Shown one piece after another: positions 54,386 to 64,000 of a stretch of DNA of 64,000 bases. Under the pieces are notes generated by a model. The model ran no database searches. It had not been told where the DNA came from and saw only the letters and a program-made list of their open reading frames with translations. Positions within the stretch are counted from its first letter, which is position 1. Each line of letters begins with the position of its first letter. A program made the translations under genes and the position numbers. Origin of the DNA: Chrysomallon squamiferum (taxonomy: Eukaryota > Animalia > Mollusca); NCBI GenBank assembly GCA_012295275.1, contig CM022677.1:4960001-5024000 (forward strand), read 5' to 3'.

Positions 54386-55048
54386 GATAACTAACAAAAA
54401 GTACAACAGTGAACCAGATGATGAGCACAAACATTCTGGCAAAAACATGGATATCATCAGCAATGAAGATGATGAAGATGTGAGATGTGAGGCAGGGCTG
54501 AGCAAGAGTTGTGTCACATGACTTTTATTGTTAGTTATGACTTTTGTTGTTAGTTGTGACTTTTGTTGTTAGTTATGACTTTTGTTGTTAGTTATATGTC
54601 GTTCTAGTTGAGTGTCTATGAATTTAACTTTCCAAAAATCCATAAATGATTTCCTATCTTATTAAACATTAATGAAACTAATGAACTATAATTTTGGGTT
54701 AGAGTTAAGATTATAATTTTTCAGTTGTTACAGACAAAACTTTGCTTCTGGTTTTAATCTTATCATATTTTGCATCTAAACAGTTTGAACTTGGGAAGTA
54801 AGAAAATGTTCAGATATGAAAGTGTTTTACAAATTTCACCAAAGACATAACTACTTCACTATGACTTCTGTTATTTACTATTTTCTTCTCTTTATTAATT
54901 TAAATATAAAGCAGTTTGGAAATTATATCTTTATACAGTAGTTTTTGCACGACTGCAATTATTATTATGTTTACTAAACTATTAATATGTGGATTACTAT
55001 TTTATTATATGCTTTTCCGGTTTATGACATTAACTTTTATCTTTGTTT

Positions 55049-55095
<47 letters not shown>

Positions 55096-55124
55096 TGCCA
55101 GGAAGGCAGCTCAAAGATCCTGTT

Positions 55125-55915
55125 GAAACTGAAGAAAATCAGAAAGCTGAGAGACATGAAAATCAGAAAGCTGAGAGACAAGAAAATAAGAAAGCTGTAA
55201 ACAAGAAAATCAGAAAGCTGTGAAACAAGAAAATCAGAAAGCTGAGAAACAAGAAAATCAGAAAGCTGACAGACATGAAAATCAGAAAGCTGAGAAACAA
55301 GAAAATCAGAAAGCTGAGAGACAAGTAAATCAAAAAGCTGTGAAACAAGAAAATCAAAAAGCTGAGAAGAAAATCAAAAGCTGAGAGACAAGAAAATCAG
55401 AAAGCTGAGAGACAAGAAAATCAAAAAGCTGAGAGACAAGAAAATCAGAAAGCTGAGAGACAAGAAAATCAAAAAGCTGAGAAACAAGAAAATCAAAAAG
55501 CTGAGAGACAAGAAAATCAGAAAGCTGAGAGACAAGAAAATCAGAAAGCTGAGAGACAAGAAAAGAAAAATCAAAAAGCTGAGAAACTGAAGAAAATCAA
55601 AAAGCTGAGAGACAAGACAATCCAAAAGCTGAGAGACAAGAAAATCAGAAAGCTGAGAAACTGAAGAAAATCAGAAAGCTGAGAGACAAGAAAATCAAAA
55701 AGCTGAGAGACAAGAAAATCAAAAAGCTGAGAGACAAGAAAATCAGAAAGCTGAGAAACGAAAAAATAAAAAAGCTGAGAAACAAGAAAATCAAAAAGCT
55801 GAGAGACAAGAAAATCAGAAAGCTGAGAAACTGAAGAAAATCAGAAAGCTGAGAGACAAGAAAATCAGAAAGCTGAGAAACTGAAGAAAATCAAAAAGTT
55901 GAGAGATTGAAGAAT
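55125..55915 (+). repeat. 24-bp minisatellite, roughly 30 copies (reads ENQKAERQ)
   Basis: Unit gaaaatcagaaagctgagagacaa with length variants that break the frame. Confidence 0.95.
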
Positions 55916-56399
55916 GGGAATTGTGACATTTGTGTGTAAAAACAGTGGATCAATTTTATGAGGCTGTTTGTTGAATCACTTCTGCAAAGAGACCAACCAG
56001 TTTTATCATTGTCTAAATTAGGAGTTGATAATATTCTATAATATATACATATTTTTGTATTCAGGATCTTAGGGAACTATTCTTATTGTTTATTTACATT
56101 TTGTAATGGTATTTTTGAAGATCATATATGTGTATAAGTTTTTATATTGTATATAATATCTAATTTTAATTTTTATTATATTACTTTAGAAAAAACATAC
56201 TATATTTTGGATCCTTAAGGAAAGAATCCAAATAAAAATGCAAGTATATGTATTTGTAAATAAACTGAGAAAAAGTTTGGGGGTTTATTACATAGTGGAA
56301 ATGTGTTTATTCTTTATATTATTTTTTGTTTTTTGAATCTCTTTCTCACACAGTAGGTTCTTTTTGAATATGTATTTATTTTTTTATGTTACATTTTAT

Positions 56400-56833
56400 T
56401 GTCTGAGCTCATGTTGTATGTGTATTTATTGAAATCAGGGACTTCCAGTGGTCTCTTAGCCAGATAACTTCCACTGTTTGATGAATTCCACTGTTTGATG
56501 AATTCCATTGTTTGAATAACTTGTGGTCTTGACTTTGCAGGATTACTGAGACAGAGCAGGATGTGAACAAACTGCTGAATCAAAGACATCGTCACAAGAT
56601 GTAAATACTTCTTCTGTAAAACACTCATCTAGGCTAGGCGTGGTCAGCATGGTAACCCTCATAACCTCCCCCCACCTCTCCAGTTGTTCTAGAAACCAAG
56701 TCGGAAACCATTTCTGAAACGGTCAAACTGTTAGAGGTTTGGCTCAGGCCCAGGTACTTTTGGATCAGTTCCTGCTACAGGGAAGCTTAGAGATTTTTGC
56801 ATCTTTGTAGTCTACTGACACAAGTGAAATTTC

Positions 56834-56874
<41 letters not shown>

Positions 56875-58493
56875 TGGAAACCTTTATTTTACCAGTTACA
56901 AAACTATGTCTGTGATTATTAAAAATTTGATTACAATCTGATTCATATTAAATGCTAAACAAATGCTCATGAAATAAATAAATGATATACTCAGAATTTA
57001 TGTACTCAGTTTTAGAAATGTGATACTTAGAAGTTAGTTTTGTAAACTGAATTTGGGATTTTAAATTGTAAAACTTGGGATTCTCAATTTGTAAACGGAT
57101 TCTTGGATTTTCCTGTCTAGTTTGTTATGTAGGTTCTGGTTTTTATCAGATATATGCTATTAAAAATGGTTGAAAGCAATTACAAACACAAATGACATCT
57201 GATAACATTTAAGTTTTATTTCAGATATTATTATTATGTTTTTTTTAAATTTAGTAATGTGATCATAATTGTCTTCCTTGAAAACACTCAGAGCAAGCTG
57301 TTGTGAGGCACATCATTGAGATCAGTCCCACTTGTACCCAGTCTCACTGAAAACACAAAAATCATCTAAATTACCTTTTCATCAGCACTGGGTTACATTT
57401 TCTATTTTACTGTTTTAAAATATTTTATGCTATTGATGAATAACTGTTTCCAAATACTGTTTTTAGTAACAGAATCACTGAAATTTTATTTATAAATAAA
57501 ATTATACAAAGATTAGAAAGTAGATTCATTCTTATAGCAAAACCATACATGTATAGACAATGTATTAGACTAATAATACAATATTACAGTATATAAATAT
57601 TTCAGAATACTTGTATATATGAAACTTACGTAAGTATAAGAAAGTTACAAATTACCTGGTTGTATAGTAAGTTATAAATCTATATGAAAGTATAAAGTTA
57701 TAAATTACTTGCTTGTACCTTAATAAATAAATCTGTATGCAAGTATAAAGTTATAAATCTGTATGAAAGTATAAAGTTATAAACCTGTATGAAAGTATAA
57801 AGTTATAATTACATGCTTGTATCCTCATTGTTTGACATCTCCAGCAGTTTGACTGCCTGCAGCAAAGTCACGCCAGTGCACAGCATCCGGTTCAAACCCG
57901 TGTCCGGAACCTCCCGGATAACCAGTTTGCCGGCTGAATCCTTTGTATATATCTGTCAGAAACAAACAAACAAATAAATATGTACGTTGCGAAAAGTTAG
58001 TCTCACAAAACGGGTACATTTTGTTATGAATTAAACAGCAATGACATTTAAAATGAAAATAATTTCAAAAATCTTACCGCAATAATTCTGTCATTCTGTA
58101 TAACACAACCGCTTTGCAGAGTACTTTCCTTCGTCACCTAAATAATACAGTCACATTACTAAATTTATCTTTGTCGATTTTATATTAAATACATTAGTGA
58201 TGGCGGTAATTCTGTATACCTGTGACCTTTCGGTGAATAGTAACAAGAGCAACACCAACAACAACAGAAATAATAATGGTAATAAATACATCAATTAAAA
58301 ACTTAATACAAAATTAAATATATGCAACATTTATATATATTTATATACAAACGAAATAAAATAAACTGTTATATATTATGACAAATATTAAAAGCCTTGC
58401 ACAAACTAATCTTGAAAATAAATCATTTACTGTCGTAAAGACTACGTCCGCCTCCAAACAAAAATAAAATGAATATTAATAAAACCTTACGAT

Positions 58494-58543
<50 letters not shown>

Positions 58544-58602
58544 TAATTAAGAGAGTAAGTAAGTAAGAAAAAGAGTTAAATTACCGTGTGGTTGGCCTCC
58601 AT
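56400..58602 (-). pseudogene. Decayed multi-exon gene (gene D), possibly REC114-like
   Basis: Phase-consistent exons 58585-58602 (MEANHT), 58078-58137 (VTKESTLQSGCVIQNDRIIA), 57813-57952 (IYTKDSAGKLVIREVPDTGLNRMLCTGVTLLQAVKLLEM), then disrupted exons from 57346 and 56833 (QELIQKYLGL..SLTVSEMVSDLV..LDECFTEEVF); gene structure is better supported than identity. Confidence 0.55.
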
Positions 58603-60011
58603 CTCGCCTCAGTTTGCTGAGAAACGCTTGTAACGCAGACCGCACAAAGCGCTGTTAATTTCAGAACGACGTTTGTCACCAACAGACTAAAACAAAAGGG
58701 AAAAGAGACCATTGCAAAATCCTTTTTTCCAGAATTAGATATTTTATTTTATTTCTCTACCAAATTGTGTGAAATAAATTCTGTATTTCTATTAAGTTTA
58801 AATAATAGCTATGATTTTTCAGTATCCACAGCAAACTATTGTTTAAATGTCTTATCACTAACTTAGTAAAAGAGGTTTCAAACGATGGATGTTATGGACT
58901 ACTCAGAGTTTTGTTATCAGTCAATAATATAATTAAATAATTGAGGGGGTTATTGTGGATTTTGACAATTTTCAGGAATGTGGTTAATCACTATAGAAAA
59001 TTACTATATTGTTGTTTTTGAGGGGGGGTGTTTTTCATACTGTTGATGATACAATTATTATCGTTTTGTTTTTAATAATTTTTATACAGACGATGAAACT
59101 CGTTCCGATCCTTCTTTTATTTAACAATTATCATGATATTTATTGCCGTTCCCCACAGTTAGCTTACATACAAATTTGGAAATTGTAAAATCATTATTAG
59201 AGTACTTTACGTTTTTCGAACACTTAAAGAAACTATGAACTCATTCACTCCACTCAGAGAGTTTAACGTTTTAAACTGGTAGAAACTGGCGCGACAAACC
59301 GCGTGCAGTTGACCTGTTTACGAGCAAGTGTAACCTTGACCCGCTTTTCATTTTCTCTTTTTTTTTTTTTTTTTTTTTATCTTCAAATTTCTCCTTTGTT
59401 TTTAATTTCTTTTCTTTCTTTCTTTCTTTTTTAATTAATTATTATTGTTGTTGTTTTATTATTAATGCTTTCAACGTTCTCTTTTATTTTATTTTCTTCT
59501 GTTCATTTTATTTTCTCATCTTTCTTTCTCGTTTTATTTTCAATCCTTCTTTCATTATTATCTTCTAATAATTATTAATCATCCTTCTTTCTCTATTTAT
59601 TTTCTTATATTTTTACATGAAAGTATTTTTATATTTGCACTGAAAAAAAAATTAATTCCATTTACAGTTTCGTAATTGATGTTTTTATTGAAAATAAACG
59701 AATAAAAACAGTTTCATAATTTGATTTACATTTTTCATTATCACTTTGTCCATTTGATTAAAACAATTTGTTTATTGGAAATGGAACATTACACTTTGGC
59801 TGATTTTTGAGGGGTGAAGGGTTGGTTGCGTCAATTCGAGCTGTCAGTGTATGAATTACAGTGCGTTAATAAAACAATCTCATCTGCGCTGTGGAAAGCA
59901 AAGAGTTTTAATTTTTGATTTCAGTAAACTCAGATATCTTACGCGTAATTTTATTTTAATTTATTTTATGTATCTATTGTTTATTATTTAGTAATAAAAC
60001 TATAAAACTAT

Positions 60012-60360
60012 GCCGAGCTCGTATCTCAATTTGCTCGTATATCAAATCAATTTTCCCAACTTAAATTAACTGAAATACCATTAATCCGTTCCAACCCCCA
60101 TTTTTCTTTTGTAACGTGTTTTTAAGTAAGAAAACTGTTTCCGCGGCGAGGTAACAACATGAAGTAAACGAGTGAGACGCAGGATGCTGGGCGAATGTTA
60201 TCTTATTTCTTGCGCCAACTAGTGGTGGCATATCTGAAGCTCGCTCGTAACTCGCATTTTGGCTCGCAACTCAAAGCAAAAACTCGACCTCAAATTAAAA
60301 AATCGCAACTCAAAGCACAAAACTCGTAAGCTGGAGCAATTGTAACTCGAGGTACCACTG
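60012..60360. mobile_element. Tigger/pogo-type (Tc1-mariner) MITE with the left end truncated
   Basis: Right end gtaactcgaggtaccactg (reverse complement CAGTGGTACCTCGAG), subterminal gctcg(t/c)a repeats and attaatccgttcc motif. Confidence 0.65.
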
Positions 60361-60489
60361 AATTTTAAAAATACATTTAGTTAAATATGTCTTACAGTGT
60401 GTTAATCTGGAACACAAGGCGAGCAGATCGAATCGTACGAACTCGTGTTTTGTTGATGTTTCAGGATTTGTGCAGTTCGTTCAGTTTGT

Positions 60490-60738
60490 GGTTTTCATCA
60501 CCAGATTCACGAGTGTCCGGTCCTGATTCCTGTTTTCATCACCAGATTCACGAGGATCCGGTCCTGTTTGTGGTTTTCTTCACCAGATTCACGAGGGTCC
60601 GGTCCTGATTCCTGTTTTCATCACCAGATTCACGAGCTTCCGGTCCTGATTCCTGTTTTCATCACCAAATTCACGAGGGTCCGGTCCTGATTCCTGTTTT
60701 CATCACAATATTCACGAGGGTCCGGTCCTGATTCCTGT
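60490..60738. repeat. 41-bp GC-richer minisatellite, 6 copies
   Basis: Unit gttttcatcaccagattcacgagggtccggtcctgattcct at 41-bp spacing. Confidence 0.95.
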
Positions 60739-61637
60739 TCAGTTTATGCGCGCTCTTGACATTTTCATCTTCTTCTTGCCTGGTTCTTTATCATCCAACA
60801 ATTCCCAACTTTTTTCTTTTATTTTTTACCTATGATATTTTTATTGGTTTAAAAATATTTTATACAAATGAACAAAACAAGGGGAAGATGAGAAAAATAA
60901 ATAAATAATAATAACAATAAAAAATAATCAAAATAACTAAAAAAAATAATGAATGAATGAATAATGAATAAATAATAATAAAATAATAAAATAACAACAA
61001 AAATAATGAATGAATGAATGAATGAATAAATGAATAAATAATAAATTAATCAAAATAAATACTTATTTATAAGAATAAAAACAGCAGCAGCAGTAATAAT
61101 AACAGAAGTCAAGTTGAACGTATTTACAAGTGTTGAAAAGTTTCATTTGACCAGTGTTAGGTTACTTAATTTTTATTTCTTCTTTTTCAAGCCTGAAATG
61201 ACAAGTTTAGTTGTGCACCTGAAAAATAATAAGAATATGAAAGTAGTTAACTTATTTACATTTATTACATTTATTATGTACAGTTATAAGTTCCGATAAC
61301 CTGGTACCTAGAGTCTGAAAGTAAGTATCTTCTTCTTCTTCTTCTTCTTTTTAGTTTAGTTTAATCAGCTGCTCAAACAATCGATCTATAAGTCAATTAA
61401 TTAAAGTATTTATTGTTTTGTGTGGAGTGTGTTTGCGTCATGTTTTGTTTGTAAATGTGTTTATTATTTTAACTTTATAATTTAAATAAATTAGATATAA
61501 ATATAACTGTGGAATGTCAAATCATGGCAGACTTGCACCATGGCTGGACTTCGGAAAGTGGAGTATTTATTGTCGCAGAGGAAATGAGTGAAATTAGATA
61601 GTCAGCTCTAGAAGAAGAATGCTGTTCGACAGACTTG

Positions 61638-61900
61638 TACTCATTGGAAGGATTCCACAACCGGCTCAACAAAGCAATGCCCCACCCGAACATCTGTCGA
61701 TTTGTGGACATTATCGAGAAGATCGAGTTTGCAGACAGAGCCAAGATTTCCCAGATTGATTTCGGAGCCGCTTCTCCAACCCACAAGCCTGCGTACAGAG
61801 AGATGGAAAACAGACTCAAACATCAATTGCAGCAGAGAGTCAAGACATCCCTTCAGTTTCAGATGCTGTAGGCTATCTACTGAAACTTACTGATCAAGTT
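61638..61900 (+). mobile_element. Mutator-like (MULE) transposase C-terminal fragment
   Basis: SLEGFHNRLNKAMPHPNICRFVDII matches the TNNxxEGWHNRLN...HPNIxxF signature of MULE-type transposases; no DDE core upstream. Confidence 0.75.
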
Positions 61901-62840
61901 ACCTGAATGAAATCAAATGTACAAATAATTATAAGCCTTTCTTTCATTTATTTATGTAAAATATACAACAATGTGGGATCATACCATTTTTATCCGGGTA
62001 ACAGGCAGAGGATTAAGTGTGCACCAAATTTTGACCTGTGTTGTTATAAACTGTACGACAAACAAGCGTATGAGTAAAGAGAGGTAATCTGTTAAAGAGC
62101 ATAATTAGTAATGTTTCTTCTGGCAGGTGTTGCATTATTGTATAGCTTATTTTTTCAGGTACTGCTTTTAATTTAATTCATTTATATTCAAGTGAAGATT
62201 TTATGTCTGTGGATTGTTCGTTAACTGCGAGGTTGTCTAATGTTTTATTTATTTATTTATTTTTATTTTTTTGTGAATTTGGATGGGAAGTTTGAATTGC
62301 TGCTTGATTTGGCGAACGTTTCCCTGAGTAGATCTGCTTTATGTTTGTCAGTGAAAACGATGTTGTTTTTGTGAAGAGATTGGTTTCCTTGTTTGCTTTT
62401 TACTTTCGCCCACATGTATTTCACTCATGTTTTGTGATTTATGTTGTTGCAAAAATGTTTCCAATGTTTTTGTTTTGCAATAAAAATTAGGTTAGATTCT
62501 TCTTTTTTAGTTACTTGTTTTTTTCAGGTGAGGAATGATTTTTTTTTGTTTGTATTATCTTTATTATTAATGTTATTATGTTGTATTTATATTTATTATT
62601 ATTATTATTATTACTGTTATTATTATTATTATTATTATGTTGAGTATTAGAAAGGTGAAAAATCGAATATTATTGTTGTCTTAAATTTTCCTTGCAATCT
62701 GTGTATGATATAAAACATTTCTGAAACGTGCTGTTATTGTGTGCGTCCGTGAGCACATACGTATGTTTGTACCGTTTCTGTTTGTATATGCATGAACATA
62801 TTATATGTTTATTATTGTTATTGTTGTTAAATTGTTGTTG

Positions 62841-62881
<41 letters not shown>

Positions 62882-63201
62882 TTTTATTATTTTTGCTATT
62901 ATATTTATATTAAGTTCAAGGGTCTTTATAAACTAAACACGTGGACAAAAACATATTAAAATAAATATAAACAAGATGGTGAACATATTAAAATGGTGGT
63001 AAAAATAAAGACGTCACATTTCAAAATTGTATAAGATGATTAATAAACTGTCTACAACATTTTAAAATTGGAAAGAAAACATAAATGTATATTAACAAAG
63101 TTCACCCGCTTTTGTCCAAGCTGAACAACAGTGAATTTGATTTTTGAATTTTTGTTAAATTAAATTTAAAACTACAAAATAAAAGTAGTTCAGTGACCCC
63201 T

Positions 63202-63257
<56 letters not shown>

Positions 63258-63629
63258 AATAACAGAGGTATAATAATGTCCAGATCAACTTAACATAAAT
63301 TTTTCAAAAAGTAAATCATAAATACACTGACAGAAAACAACCTTTCAAACAAAATCAAAATATTTTCTGTTAATAGTTTTATTAGTTTATTCAAAAAATA
63401 AATAAATAAATAAATAAATAAAATAAATAAATAAATAAATAAATAAATAAAAATAAATAAATCAGTGAGCTGACACATAGCTGTTGAGTCTTGTTTACTT
63501 TGGTATCTGCTTTAAGCAAGGTTTTGTTGGATGATAAAGCGATTAAAGACCAATTCTGTACAAGTTTCTCCAAATCAAACAAGAAGTACATCCGCGAAGA
63601 CCAGTAATTTTCCCACAAAATAAACAAAT

Positions 63630-64000
63630 ACAAAACTGAACTTAAATAAAATAAAATAAACTACACAAACCTAAACACAAAACACAAATAAAATAAAATA
63701 AACTACACAAACACAAAACTGAACAACTTAAATTAAATAAAATAAAAACACAAACAAAAACTGAACAAAATAAAACAAAATAAACAGATGCAAAACTGAA
63801 CTTAAATTAAATAAAATAAACTACACAAACACAAACACAAAACTGAACAACTTAAAATAAAATAAAATAAACTACACAAACACAAACACAAAACTGAACA
63901 ACTTAAATAAAATAAAATAAACTACACAAACACAAAACTGAACAACTTAAATAAAATAAAATAAACTACACAAACACAAAACTGAACAACTTTAATTAAA
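63630..64000. repeat. ~45-50-bp A-rich tandem repeat running off the window end
   Basis: Recurrent caaaactgaacaacttaaataaaataaaataaactacacaaacac. Confidence 0.9.

Noticed and set aside
60490-60738. 41-bp array as CRISPR
   Set aside because: Only a few variable bases per unit; no spacers
1-64000. Poly-I/Y/L/N/ER/HT ORFs throughout; tRNA and rRNA genes
   Set aside because: The ORFs come from (ATT)n, (GA)n and (CA)n microsatellites; no recognisable structural RNA gene was seen by eye

Overview
Very AT-rich, microsatellite-dense animal genomic DNA with GT-AG introns and a 200-N scaffold gap at 24134-24333. MetaSINE-like and RNase H-LINE relics are compatible with an invertebrate, possibly a mollusc (tentative). 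Most ORFs in the supplied track are artefacts of simple repeats. Manual splicing gives about six multi-exon genes, and none looks intact. Two are clearly recognisable unprocessed pseudogenes: a cytosolic methionyl-tRNA synthetase copy (MARS1-like, minus, ~13.05-17.6 kb) and a 5'-truncated EGFR/ErbB copy (plus, 43.2-52.1 kb). The EGFR kinase exons carry many lesions, including an inverted copy of its own upstream intron inside the catalytic-loop exon, while its four C-tail exons remain open and end in a PDZ-type ETEV*. Four more decayed genes are unidentified; one is weakly REC114-like and one weakly MCM/MCMDC2-like. Also present: a hAT-type MITE, a Tigger/pogo-type MITE, a MULE transposase fragment and many minisatellites. 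I see no convincing novel molecular system; the most notable feature is the regional gene graveyard. All homology calls come from recalled sequences, not database searches.
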